From Octopus sinensis (taxonomy: Eukaryota): a stretch of 64,000 nucleotides of DNA. This document shows positions 42,865 to 56,983 of the stretch, piece after piece. The notes below the pieces were generated by a model. It worked only from the letters and a program-made list of their open reading frames with translations, made no database searches and was not told where the DNA came from. How positions within the stretch are numbered: the stretch's first letter is position 1; each line of letters opens with the position of its first letter. The stretch is from NCBI RefSeq assembly GCF_006345805.1, contig NC_043014.1, positions 19,530,001-19,594,000 on the forward strand, given 5' to 3'. The position numbers were made by a program, and so were the translations under genes.

Positions 42865-43700
42865 GACTCTGCTGTAAAAGTGAAGTGCTTGGAGGGTAAC
42901 TACCGCTGAGACTGGCAGTGTTATATTTTGGAATGTGTTTAGACTTGTCAAACCTGGTATAGTTTTATTCTTTTGCATTAATATTTTTCTTTATAATACC
43001 TGGCACTCCAGTTATTATAGGTACTTTTTTTCACTTGCATGTCAAACATCTTATGTAATTCAGGTGAAAGATTCTAGTAATTTGATAATTGTCAACTCCG
43101 TTTCCAGCGTTATTTTGTTCAGGAGAACTCGCGATGTCAGAGAGCACAAATACTTGTTCTCGACCTTGATAATTATAGCTGGATGGTTCATCTTGATTTA
43201 CTTGTTAGTCAGGGTGGTTATGTTTTTGTTGAATGCTCTCGCATTATTTTCACGTTTAGTAGAAGCACATACCACTTCTCAGGTTCACAGCGAACTGTCA
43301 ATATATTGAGCTGTGAAAAGTGGTCTTACGTAGAAGCATAGATGTATTGCTTTTTAATTCAGCTTACTTAAAGCAGATTACATTGTAGTTGTACTAGTTC
43401 CGAATTATGTTTTTGTTCCCTTACTAGACTAACACTTTCAAATTTTTCTATTATTCTACATTTCCTTGTCATATTATAATGGTTTTCTTTGCGGTATTTC
43501 TGTGTAGTCCTAGTCTAATTTTATGGCACCCATATCTGCATCTCTTGATATGTTCTCAGGTTTTGTCAATTTTTCTCTTCATACAGCAGCACTGAAAGAT
43601 ATTGCTATAGCTATACTCATTTTATACACTGACTGATTTCATGAACAATATACAGTAGAGTTACCAGCTGGGTATTTTCTCTTGTAATAGAGGAAATGTT
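42865..43700 (-). mobile_element. Highly degenerate R4/Dong-like LINE 3' part (restriction-like endonuclease region)
   Basis: Minus strand across frameshifts: KW(Y)...ENN, TNK*IKMNHPAIIIKVENK (compare TDR.I.ANRPDI), KVPIITGVPGIIKK (compare VPIVIGALG.I.K). Confidence 0.65.
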
Positions 43701-43766
43701 TTATAATTTGTATGGGACATTTATAGCAACTAATAGTTTTTTTTCGCGTGCGAGACAGAGAGAGAA

Positions 43767-43818
<52 letters not shown>

Positions 43819-44814
43819 AGAGAGAGAGAGAGGTCTATAACTAGGTTAGTTAAATCTTGCACAGGGCCATAAACGGGATAAGGCGATTCCGGTAATAACT
43901 CTTTTAATGGAAATAGCGCAAATTTTAATGATCTCTTCAGTGTTTTTCACTAATCGATCCTTATCATACTAAGGTTTATGTTTTTGATGCCTCGTATAAA
44001 AGACAGGTTCTCCTAGAGCTCCTTTTTAAAGTTAGTCAACAAATTAGAAAATCAATCACCATAATAGAGTTCAGTCACATTGGCTACATTGGAGAACCAA
44101 TACACATTTGAAATTACACCGACAGCATACGATCGTATGATTCAAGAACTCTCATTTATACACTAATATTGCCGCTGAATTCCAGTTTCGCCAGAAAGAA
44201 AAATCTCATTTCTCTCTGCTGCGTCCACCGCACAACTTTCAACACGTGACAATGGAAGACAATCCTTAACTTCTAACGAAAGAGCGGCGTGTTGGTCATG
44301 GCGGTAGACATGTGTGATAGCCAGATGCATTCCGTACGTGACAAGAACAGTTAAGTATTAACCCACAACTCGGAAATGTGTGGATACTGTATAAGTATGC
44401 ATGAATTTGTTCCAGGGTCGGTAGCTGATAGCTCTACGCCCAGAGACTTAATCTCAGAGGAGCCAAAGCCACAACCCCACTATATTGCACTCCAAGACAT
44501 TTGGAAGTTTTCTAATTATAGTAATAATAAGATAGCAAATTAACGTTAATGAATCTTGAACTTTGGAAATTGCATTTTGTACTTGAGAGAGTAAAATTTG
44601 CAGGCGCAGATACGCAAATATATTGTTACATAAACGTACATCGAAACCCACACGTATATACACATCCTCCCTTTCTCTCTCGCTTTCATTCCTTTTATCA
44701 CTCGCTACATACTACCAAGCATGCATATCACACACACTCTCCCTCTCTCTCTCAATTTAATACACATGAGTAGGAACTAGTTTGCTCTTTCTCACAGTCT
44801 ATATATACAGAGAG

Positions 44815-44879
<65 letters not shown>

Positions 44880-45630
44880 AGCGATACGCAAATACATGAA
44901 TGATTTTTAATCAATACCGAGTATTTGCCTCCAAAGATTAATTGAAATCAGTGGTAGTCGATTAAGTATTTTTATACTTTTGATTAACACGTCCATAATC
45001 CAAGGAGTTGTTTCATAAAATTTAAAAGATGGCTCTATAAGATGATACTGTTGTTGTTATTGGTATTAGGGTTGCGTGTATTTTGGGTTTATGGACAATG
45101 TGTAGTTTCGTTTGATTGGGTTTAATAGGAGCTACACCGCTGTATTTTCCTATAAACACCACAAAGAAGGAATATATGTTCGCATGCATATAACATGATT
45201 TTGTGTGCGTGTGCATACATACGTATATACATATATACATATATATATCTAAATGTATGCGAATACATATACACACACATATATATATGTATATATACAT
45301 GTGTGTATTTGCATATATATTTATATATATGTATGTGTATGTATATATATGTATAAATATACATGTATGTATTATGCACATATATTAATCACACACATAC
45401 ACACATGCATTCAAATAAGCAGAAACAATGCTCTCCACCATGCTATCATCTTATTGACTCACCTAATTGGTATACGCGGGATATAAACCTTAAACTAAAT
45501 TTATTTGATGAACGTAACTTTAAAACGAACATAAAGATTTACAACAATATTTTGTTCGATTCGTACATGACTAAATTTCTTTGTTCTGCTTGTTTCGTTT
45601 TGAAATTCCGAAATTTATATGCGTGTGTGT

Positions 45631-45683
<53 letters not shown>

Positions 45684-45895
45684 TGTGTGTGTGCGTGTGT
45701 GTGTGAGTATGTTTTATTGACATTTCATAGAAGTTGCTTTAAATATTGCTACTTTATTTATACGATAAACTGTAATTTGGAGCGAACTAAACTTTGAAAT
45801 TTACTGGAAGATTACACACTCACACACACCAAACACACACACAGAAACACAAGTACAAACACATACACACACATACGCGAGAACACACACACACG

Positions 45896-45932
<37 letters not shown>

Positions 45933-45964
45933 GAACAGATAGATAGATTGATAGATAATATAAT

Positions 45965-46170
45965 CTTTCCTACTCTAAGCACAAGGCCTCAAAAGTTTTG
46001 GAGAGAGGCCAGTTGATTATATTGACCCCAGTACGCAACTGGTACTTAATTTATCGACCCCGAAAGGATGAAAGGCAAAGTCGACCACGGCGGAATCTGA
46101 ACTCAGAACGTAGCGACAGACGAAATACTGCTAAGCATTTCGCCCGGCGTGCTAACGTTTCGCTGCCCTA
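45965..46170 (-). mobile_element. SINE family B
   Basis: CGACCCCGAAAGGATGAAAGGCAAAGTCGACC domain and GCATTTCGCCCGGCGTGCTAACG head region. Further copies at about 47720-47930 and 60380-60595. Confidence 0.85.
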
Positions 46171-48509
46171 GATAGATTATATAATGAGGAACAGCAGTAT
46201 CAATTTCAGTAATAGTAATAATATAAGTTATTGTTTGCAAATTAGGCACAGCGCCGGTAATTATTTATGGATGTGACTTAGTCGAAACTATCGACCTTTC
46301 ATCTTTATGGTATTGACCCTCAAAGGTTGTATGGCAAAGATGCGTTCAGAGAAATTTTTAACTGAGAACATAAAGTGTCGGTTTACATAACACAAAGCAA
46401 TATATTTTCGGACGCCTTCCGATAATGGTTTCCGTTTTAGGCTCAAGGTCAACAACTTTAAAGGTAGAACTTCAATTCATATAATCGACTCTTCTCCTCA
46501 CGTAGTTATTGATATTAAAAACGCGGAGAAATTACCTCGATGGAACCAGGTTGGTTGTAAGCTTCTCAAACTATTGCTTCAACATCAAACTTTTCCAAAT
46601 TTCGAATGCCTGAAAACATTTAGACGTTATATTTACAATATCTGGTGACCGCATAGATGCTCCATCACTCATCGTTGCTTAAATTTTCTACCATCAGTAA
46701 CCATATGCAAGGACTAGAGATGGGTTTATACTTGTAAAGAGACTTTTCAAACACAACAAAATTAGTTGGTGGCAGTCGTTGATGTGGACGCGTCTACCAT
46801 ATTATTTTTTACACCCCGCTTAATAGAATATTTATAATAAATGAACACATTCCATCAAAAATGTCCATAGCTATTCCGAAGAGAAAAGAATAAGAGCACT
46901 TCTGTCATAGAACTGCAAAAGATAGATAAAATAGCTGACTTCAAACGAAAGAATTGCATAAATGGAAAACTCTGGAATTGTGCAGTGCACCAGAGATTTG
47001 TTAAAACAAATAAAAATATGGTTTGGTGTGTATGAAATCATTTTGAGTTGCGTTTTAAACAAAATTCAATATCTGAAATCTTACCGAGTTTTATATTTGA
47101 ATCAAAATTGAAGTCACAATATACGAGAGTAAAATCGATATTTCTATGCCACGAATATGTTAAGAATGTTATCGGAAAAGTTATGACAGAATATATTTAC
47201 AGTGATTTGGAAGACCTTCTGCATTTAAATATATAAATTGCTTATATTTTGCTACAATTTTGTTTTTATATTATCAAAATTTAATCTTTCGTAGTTTTTG
47301 GTGGATATTATTTGATATGTGTGCGCGCGCTCACGTTTGTACACTATATTTTAGAAAAATGTAATTACATTGAGATGAGAGAAAATTAATTGGCCTAAGG
47401 TTGACCAAATATTGGCAATCATGCTGAGTGTGATTGTGCTTTAATGTATTTAATGAGGGTGAGGGCTATACTGAGGTGATGGGAAATGTGAGACGTGTAT
47501 AGGGAGTGGAGAAAAAGAGACATACATTAAGAAGCTCAATGACCTCAAGTGACTGCAATTGACCTCAAATTACCTCGGATGTAAGCTGGTGTATATTAAT
47601 AGTAAAGGCATTTTTTTGTTGTTTTTTAACGTGATTTGATGTTCTATAGCAGAAAATACAATAGAATAAATTCTACCAACTTAGATCAGAATATGTCTAA
47701 TAATAAAATAGTATTTTATTATTAGAGCACAAGGCTCGAAATTTTCGGGGAGGGGCCAGTCGATTAGATCGACTCCAATACGCAAATGGTACTTAATACA
47801 TCGATCTCGAAAAAAAAGAAAAGCAAAGTCGACCTCGGTGGAATTTGAACGCAGAACGTAATGACAGACGAAATACCGACAAGCATTTCGCCTAGTGTTC
47901 TAATGTTTCTGCCAGCTCACTGCCTTCAAAGCAACAGTATAATATCAGTGGTATTCCGTCGGTTACGACGACGTGCATTCCAGTTGATCCGATCAACGGA
48001 AAAGTGTAGTCGTAAAATTAACATGCACGTGTACCCTTTACGTAGTTCTCGGGAAGATTCAGCGTGACACTGAGTGTGACAAGGATGGCTCTTTGAAATA
48101 CAGATACAACAGAAACAGGAAGAAAGTGTGCCTTCATTCTTGCACGAAGTTGGTGCCGATGTTGGAGTCAACTTTGCTCACATCTTTGAACTGAGGAGAA
48201 ACAGGACTGGCGCAAGGTCCTGCGTTCTGATGATTTGTTTTCCCAGGAGGAAAAGGGAATGTTGCATCGCTTAAGATTGTATTTTAGTACAAATGACTTT
48301 TGGAAGACAATTTGTTGGTGCTGGTCCTATTACCTATCACAAGTAATTCAGTATAGTCTCCAATCATTTTGCCAGTCTCTTTCTTCCTTCAGTTAATGCA
48401 TACAAGGTTGAGCTTGAGAGAATAAAGTAGATTGAAGTGCTGTGAGATAACAATTTCTGTGGATCAAACTGACTTGGCTTTGCCAGAAAACATAGAGCCA
48501 CGAGGATGA

Positions 48510-48540
<31 letters not shown>

Positions 48541-49331
48541 AATGATGATGATAGTGGTTTTGTCAATTGGCGCATTACAAGGTCTTAATTGTAGGTGTGG
48601 TGTATTCGATAGATACAGAAGAATGAGTGCCTAAGTCAATCCAGGCGTGTTTTTTTTAACTAAAACGTAAAGAGATACTAACAGTGATGCTGCTGCTGTA
48701 TATAATGATGATGATGGTGATGATGATGACGACGACGACGACGACGATGATGATGATACACGGAGAATAATCGATGTGAGATAATAAAATGGAATTTAGT
48801 ACTTAACGGAAAGTTTAGCAACAACATCGTATATTCTGAAATCCATTTTGTTGCTGCCTCAATCTAAAGGGTCAATATTAACTTCGTTAAGAGCAGAGGT
48901 TCTTTGAAAAACAACTCCAATAAATAAAAAAAAATGGCATTATAAAATCTGTGGGAGAGACAGAAAGGAAAAAAGAAAGTCAGAGAGAACTAAAGACAGA
49001 AACAAGGGAGCGGGAGGGGGTGAAAACTGCTTCAGAAGAAAGAAACGCATCAAAGTTGTTGCCTTGAAAAATGCACGAGCGGAACAAATTAAACTCGCTA
49101 CCAAATAATGTGTACGTACCTACATAAATACATACATACAGTATGAGTATGTGAGGACGAGATGATTATTCAGGGCCATTGCTGCAGGTTATGGCGTTTA
49201 CACAACTCCTCCAAATCAAGTTAGACGTGAAAATTTATGTATATGTGTATATATTTTCTATGTGTGTGTGTGTGTGTATTTATACATATGAATATGTATG
49301 TACATGTATATTTATATGCACACACGCACAA

Positions 49332-49364
<33 letters not shown>

Positions 49365-49485
49365 ACTTTGTGTGCGTGTGTGTGCGCGCATACCTATACA
49401 GGTATCGATAGATATCTAATAGTACGATAGAGTAATTTTCGCTTGCTCTTGTGTCTGTGTGTTAGCATATTTGTTCATATATATA

Positions 49486-50778
49486 CAAGGTGCGATGGGT
49501 AAATTGTCACCATTCTATATTTTTAATTATCCCCATGCGCATTGGTTGTTTTTGATTTTGTCGACTACACAGTATAGTAGGATCATTTGGGCACCGTTTG
49601 TGTGAAAAACCCCGTCATAACGCAATTCACTCTGCCAGAAATTTGGAAGCGACATGCTATATACTACTCGGCATTTATGCTGGAAGCTCCAATGCGAACA
49701 TGTCAGAGTGTTTGGGTGTCAATCTGAGGAGTGGGCAGGGGATTCAGAAATAGTTGGATGAGTCTGATGGTGACTATGAAGCTACAGCATTTGGAAAATT
49801 CTGGTCGTTCTGATGAGAAAAGAACTCCTGAATTTGTTGGTGAGATCCAGGCCAAGATAGACAAAGATCCTTCCAAGTCGATCAGGTCATCACCTGGGAG
49901 ATGGGAGTATCTGAGTTTCTTATCAGGCAAGTAATGTATGAACAAATTCGGTATTTTTCATACAAGATAAGAAAGGGCCAATTTTTATCCCAAGCCATCA
50001 AGGATTTGAGGAAAGACAGTGCTACGAAGCTTTTGAACAAACTCAAGCACCCCCTCAAACCGAATATGCTTTCGTTTTTCTCAGACGAGAGAAATTTACG
50101 CCAGGATCAGATGGTGAAGAAATGGAGCAACCGTTGGTTTACAGTATCCCCAAGATTGAGGGTGATAAAAATAAAGCATCTAGTCAACATCATGATGTTT
50201 GAAGTGATCACTAGTGATGGCGACGTTACGCTTCAATTCATCTTCGCATACGGCCTCACACTCAACACGGAGGCCTACATCAAGTGTCTGGAAGAGTTAA
50301 TGCTGCCCTGGTAAATAGGCTGGCTGCTCGAAGACCCAATGTCTGGCAACAGGTTTCTGCACCATGCCACACAAGCAGGGGAACGCAGTCATGGCTGTCA
50401 TACAATTTCTGCGACCACATCACCCCCTAACATCTGGCCACCTAACTACCCAGACTACAACATTCTTGATTATCATGTGCGGGACGCAGTAGAGCGAGAG
50501 ACCAACAAAACTCCTTGTAACACCAAAGATAAACTGAATGCAATGATTATATTAGCATTCAGCAATTTAAACAAGAAGACTGTCCAGAAGAGCTGCAGGA
50601 GATTCTGAAGCCATCTGCAAGCGGTGGTTGACGCCAATGGCGATTTTATTGAATAAATTTACTCTTAAATATTTGAAGATATTTTTATGTAATTTTGGTA
50701 AATACATCTATCAAATTGATTGTCAGCGTTACTTTCTTTTTTGCATAATATAGATGACAATTTATTCACCGCATCCTG
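49486..50778 (+). mobile_element. Full-length but inactive DD37D (maT-like) Tc1/mariner transposon
   Basis: TA at both ends (49484-49485, 50779-50780). TIRs CAAGGTGCGATGGGTAAATTGTCACC / GATGACAATTTATTCACCGCATCCTG. Transposase motifs FFSDE and WQQ(V)SAPCHTS...IWPPNYPDYNILD with 37 residues counted between the mutated D and the last D. Frameshifts and stops are present. Confidence 0.9.
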
Positions 50779-51122
50779 TATGTATATATATATATCTGCG
50801 AAAAGATCTCAGAATTTTAATTGATTTGCTTTTCGCAGGAAGGAAGTTTCTTCGAAGTATACGTCTCGCTTTTATCCTTCGAAACGTTTAGTAGATGAAA
50901 CCTTAGCGACTGAAGAAGGGGATTTTTCGTTGTGCTTATTGTCCTGTATCTCTTCTTTTTTTCTTTTTTGCTTGTCCTGTTCCTGTTTTTGTCTATGTTT
51001 TTCGTCTCTCTATGTGTTCGACGTCTTTTTGGTGTCCTGTACACATATATGCGTGTATATGTACATGTAGAGGTAGGTACGTACATATATGTTTATATAT
51101 ATGCATATGTTCTATTTTATTA

Positions 51123-51255
<133 letters not shown>

Positions 51256-51582
51256 TCTTAAAGCTTTCAGTGCTCACCAAAATTCCAGTTAGAGCAGCAG
51301 TTGAAGCTGTGGTTGTGTGATTGTGTTGTTGAAACACGATTATAGGTCAGTAGGTATAGGATAAAGTAGTGAGAAAAGGCAAACAATTAGGTAATGAAGA
51401 AGGAGGACATTTAATTTCATTTAATTCAATCTAAAATGATTTAGATAAATTTTAGACTAAAATTAAATGAAATTAAAAGTCCTTCTCTTGCATTGCCTAA
51501 TAGTCTGACTTTCCTCAACACTTTAACCTACATGTGTGTGTGTGTGATTGTGCGTGTGTGTGAGTGTGCGTGTGTGCGTATA

Positions 51583-51760
51583 AGCGCAAGGGCGTGGTTG
51601 TGTACTAAGAAGCTTGCTTCCCTACCACGTTTCCTGATTCAGACCCACTGCTTTGCACCTTGATCAAATGTCATGTACAAATCTTGTGAGTCGATTTGAT
51701 AGACGAAAACTGAAAGAGGACTGTCCTATATCTATCTATCTACATATCTATCTATCTACA

Positions 51761-51832
<72 letters not shown>

Positions 51833-51937
51833 CATCCATCCATCCATCCATCCATCCATCCATCCATCCATTCATCCATCCATCCATCCATCCATCCATC
51901 CATCCATCCATCCATCTATCTATCTATCTATCTATCG

Positions 51938-51993
<56 letters not shown>

Positions 51994-52040
51994 GTCTGTT
52001 TGTCTGTGTGTCTATCAATCTTTCTATCTATCTATTTATC

Positions 52041-52079
<39 letters not shown>

Positions 52080-52160
52080 GCGTGTGTGTATGTATGTGTG
52101 TGTGTCTGTGTCTGTGTTTAATCCACCACCATTGCTCGACAACTGGTGCTGGTGTGTTTT
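51583..52160 (+). mobile_element. SINE family A with expanded internal (TCTA)n/(TCCA)n tract
   Basis: Head and domain 51583-51727, microsatellite about 51725-52095, then the resumed body (GCTCGACAACTGGTGCTGGTGTGTTT). Confidence 0.75.
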
Positions 52161-52393
52161 TGAGAGACAGAGAAAGAGAGAAATAGAGAAAGAGTGAGGG
52201 GAAGTGAGAATATTTTATACGAAGCATTTTTTATATACCGAAATATTATATCAGACTATGAATAATTAAATTACAGCAGATATTATAGTCCACTCTGCAT
52301 TGTTGTGCCATTCACAACCAAAACACAATCCTTCCAGCGAACTACAATACTCTCATATATATATATATAGATATATATATATATATATATATA

Positions 52394-52451
<58 letters not shown>

Positions 52452-52454
<3 letters not shown>

Positions 52455-52677
52455 GGTGATTGGAAAGTAACTCCCTATGTTAAAATGCTTATAAGTTATT
52501 TATTAACTATAATTGTTTTCTCAAATTGTTGAGTATGTTCTTTAATGTATGGGAATTGATTCCATGTTGTGTTTTTTTATCAGATTGATTATTTTGTTTG
52601 AAATTTAACCCTACAAACATGGCTGGATGTTTTACTGTGCAGGAGCGTGCCCAGCTAGCTGCACATTATACATACAC

Positions 52678-52725
<48 letters not shown>

Positions 52726-53208
52726 TGCAAAGATGGTGGAGGACCATTAGAGGAAGACATGCTTAAGTTAGTGCAAAGATAATCAAGAATTGCCATGCAA
52801 AATTCATGACTACAGGATTTGTAGCTGATACTTGAAGTGGTCGTCCTTCCTATTCATCAAGATCCACATGACTGGGTGGCCGGAAGCTCTGATTTAACAC
52901 CCTGCGACTGGTTTCTTTGGGGTTGGTTAAAGGAGGAAGTCTTCTCTACCAAGCCAATGACTTTGGAAGAACTTGAAGGGTGAATACGAGAAGTTATGTC
53001 TTTCATTCCACAAGAGTTCCTGATGGAATCAGTTGATATGGTTCCCGGGTGGTTTGAGAAGCTGGTGGTGAATGCTGATGCCTATATCAAATTTTAAATA
53101 AAATTCCAAGCTATACACTTTCTTTACATATTCGTTTATTCTAAAAATGATAGTTAATAAATATATTATAAGTATTTTAAAATAGGGAGTCACTTTTCAA
53201 TCACCCTG
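52452..53208 (+). mobile_element. Internally deleted mariner-like element (DD41D/rosa-like termini and transposase ends)
   Basis: About 58-bp TIRs CAGGGTGATTGGAAAGTAACTCCCTA... / ...TAGGGAGTCACTTTTCAATCACCCTG, flanked by TA. N-terminal MAGCFTVQER...SGRPS is joined to C-terminal SDLTPCDWFLWGWLK. The catalytic middle is missing, so the family call is an inference. Confidence 0.8.
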
Positions 53209-53247
<39 letters not shown>

Positions 53248-53648
53248 GCTGCTTCTGTCGCTAATAAAAATTTTTAACAGCCAAATTCCTCAATCGCTAT
53301 ACCAGCCCCTGTTCTGTCACTGTTAATCTATATATCGCTGGCGGGGAGTCGAACCGCTGGTATCTTTAGTGGTCGAACATCTATCGTTGACAAGGTCAAA
53401 GAAGGTCGAAATCACGTTAACTGGTGCTATCAATAGTGGAGGTGGCGGGGATTTGTTTTCTCGCTAGCGATATAAACATGCATACATTTTACACCAAAAG
53501 CCAATATGAGGGTTTCCCTCACATTAACTACCGCAGTAAAGTCTGTTCTAACAGAACTTCCGCGTTTCATATATACATACATACACACACACACAAACAT
53601 ACACACACAGACAAACATACACACACACACAATCACACACACACACAA

Positions 53649-53703
<55 letters not shown>

Positions 53704-54572
53704 TACATACATACATATACATAAATCTGTGCGTGGGGAACATACATATATGCTTATATTTTATGAACGTTTCTGATGATTTCGATAAAACAGAAAATGA
53801 CAACAAATGTCTAATCGATTCCATTAGTTATATCACTCTTCCATATGTTTGTCTACTTTACATTTTCTGTGGAATAAATATATAATTTCCGGATATCGGG
53901 AAAAATTGAAATATTGAATTCTGCTAAACCTCCACAAAACGTGTTGTCGTGTAACGCAGCGTCATCTCATTTTCAGCAACTTGCAAACTTGTTTGCTGTT
54001 TGGCACGAAGTCAAACATTGTTAGTTAAAGGAAATCTTCCTGCACCTTTTCCATTTTTATTTTCGTGCACGGATTAAACTGCTCCATGCATTTTCTATAT
54101 TTTCAGATAATGAGGGGAAATCTTTTTTATTTTTTCTAGAGGGTTAAGCGACTGAGCATATGTCACGACTAATGACAATTTTCCAGATCTTTTAAAATTA
54201 ATTCCTTGTTATTTCTAGCGAAGTAGAAATTATTAGAATTAGGTTTCATTGTTTTTTTTTTGTTTTGTTTTTTTAACTGATTCCTTCTTCTGCTTTGCCT
54301 GAGTTCTGAAAAATGTTACCTTTGTAGCCCTTGATTTTCCGCATTAAACATGGCTGTTGATACAAATTCTCTTGCTTTCAATTAAACTATCCATTCTCGC
54401 CACAATCGTTTTGAATATTACTCTGCAATCTGAAGGATAGAACCACAACCAACTTATATGCAATTTTATGCATTACAAATAGAGGCCTATCCACATAACT
54501 ACTTCTCTCTCTCTCTCTCACATACTCTCTCTCTCTCTCTCTCACACACACAAACACGCACGCACACACACG

Positions 54573-54610
<38 letters not shown>

Positions 54611-54835
54611 CCTGTATATATAATGAAAACGTAATATTTTGTTGTTCTTTCTTTAAGATTGTTAAGTGTTATTAATTATTAATTTCTCACGGTGAGCTTA
54701 ATTAAATTACATTTCAATAAACATACCACAATACTGCATATGATAAAATATTAAATTATTGTTATTGGTCTGTTTTTATGTACGCCTACCTGTGTGTCTA
54801 CGTAAATCTTTGTAGCTGATACTTAAATGCATATA

Positions 54836-54901
<66 letters not shown>

Positions 54902-55524
54902 CACACATATACTGTATAAATTTCGTTGCAATAGTATTTGACTAAAATCGTGCGCTTAACTAATACCGTTGTAATATGATATATCATAATTTCAAATTCA
55001 CAGACTGAGAATGGTATGACGTCAACCATATTCTGTATCATGCCAAGATTGTGAGTGTGATTTTGTATTAATGATTGATATTCAGTGTGCCATCAAAGTA
55101 CACCAAACACATGACATATACACACACAGAGGCACACCCACAAACATAAAGAAACATGTATGCGTATACGTTCGGTTATGTGTGTGTATATATATATATG
55201 TATATGTACACACACACACACGCATATATATATATATATGCATATATATATATACATACATATATATATGCACATATAAATATGTACATATATATATATA
55301 TATATATATGAGTGTCTTTATATCTATGTATATATGTATGTATGTAAGTATAAAATGACGAAGGTGGCTAGCCGCAACACACACGACAAAAGGAACAATT
55401 CAATTGTCACTAATGTTGACTGAGGGTGCAGGGTAGCACCTACATTGCAAGACACAAGCGTCAAAGACCATTATAACCACAAAAAATACGGACAGGGGAG
55501 ATAACTGCGTTACAGCGAGCCAAG

Positions 55525-55563
55525 TCACTATACTAGCATGCTAGTTTCGCTCATCAGTAGTGA
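55525..55563 (-). ncRNA. Hammerhead ribozyme-like motif with loopless helix II
   Basis: Minus strand: TCACTA CTGATGA GC GAAA CTAGCATGCTAG TA^ TAGTGA. Perfect 6-bp helix I, full core, palindromic helix III, GUA triplet. Confidence 0.6.
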
Positions 55564-55913
55564 TCACTACATCACCTATGATTAAGCTAAATACTATTTA
55601 TATATCTGAGTGTGTGTGTGTGTGTGTGCACGCATACACACACAGACACACGCACATATACGCACACATATATCTTCTTTCGCTACAAACTAGAGAATAT
55701 TTTGATATTCAACGTTCTAAGTTTTGACACACACTCCGGATAGACACACACTGTATTATGTAAAGAAATAAATTAATAATCAAGTGCGAATTCCCGACAT
55801 TTTCCTGATTTCAATCCTTTTCTTTGATTCATTGTTATTGGCTATCTAACGGTATCTCTACTTCCTCATCCAGAGAAACATACACGCAGTCACTCCTCAC
55901 ACACAGATGTATA

Positions 55914-55955
<42 letters not shown>

Positions 55956-56242
55956 GACACAGGCACACACACACACACACATACACACACACACGCATAC
56001 ACAAACATATACGTGTATTTCAACTAAACACAGATTTACGTTCATACTTATGTCTTCACTCGATGTGTGTTACACTTCTTTTTATGCTTTATTACCTATG
56101 ACCTAAACTTATGCGTCTGAATTCAGTCAAACATTATTCTGAGGCATGTTCCGTGCAAGTGCGTATAGTAAGGATATCTCATCTTATCTTGCAGAAACTC
56201 GTTACGCTTATCTCCTGCTTTATGAACCGACGGTTCACGGGC

Positions 56243-56315
<73 letters not shown>

Positions 56316-56346
56316 CGTAAATAGATGGGTGGGCGTGTACTAGTAA

Positions 56347-56417
<71 letters not shown>

Positions 56418-56441
56418 TGTATGTATGTATGTATGTATTTA

Positions 56442-56495
<54 letters not shown>

Positions 56496-56500
56496 ATATA

Positions 56501-56872
56501 GGCGCAGAAGTGGCTGTGTGGTAACTAGCTTGCTTACCAACCACATGGTTACGATTCAGTCCCAATGTGTAACAACTTGTGCAAATGTCTTCTACTATAC
56601 CCTCGGCCCGACCAAAACCTTGTGAGTCGTCTATATGTATATATGTATATATGTATATATGTTTATACGTTTGTATGTCTGTCTTTGTCCACCCAACATC
56701 GCTTGACAACCGATGCTGGTGTGTTTACGTCCCTGTAACTTAGCAGTTCGGCAAAGCACACCGATAGAATAAGTACTAGGCTTATAAAGAATTAGTCCTG
56801 GGGTCGATGTGCTCGACTACAGGTGGTGCTCCGGTATGACCGGATTCAAATGACTGCAAAAAGTAAAAGAAT
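56501..56872 (+). mobile_element. SINE family A, near full length
   Basis: GGCGCAGAAGTGGCTGTGTGGTAA head, internal (TA)/(TG) tract, tail ...AAATGACTGCAAAAAGTAAAAGAATAA. Confidence 0.85.
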
Positions 56873-56897
56873 AATACAATAAAAGAATATATATATA

Positions 56898-56935
<38 letters not shown>

Positions 56936-56943
56936 TATTATTA

Positions 56944-56983
<40 letters not shown>

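Noticed and set aside
48130-48190. Minus-strand acceptor followed by FKDVSKVDSNIGTNFVQE* as a terminal exon
   Set aside because: It is short and unrecognised, abuts a SINE, and has no upstream exon support.
50860-50930. CTGAAGA-AGGGG... in a probable retroelement 3' end
   Set aside because: Helix II partner and GAAAC are absent downstream.
53331-53474. 13-bp inverted repeat TATATCGCTGGCG / CGCTAGCGATATA as a MITE
   Set aside because: Too short, partly self-palindromic, and a single copy in the window.
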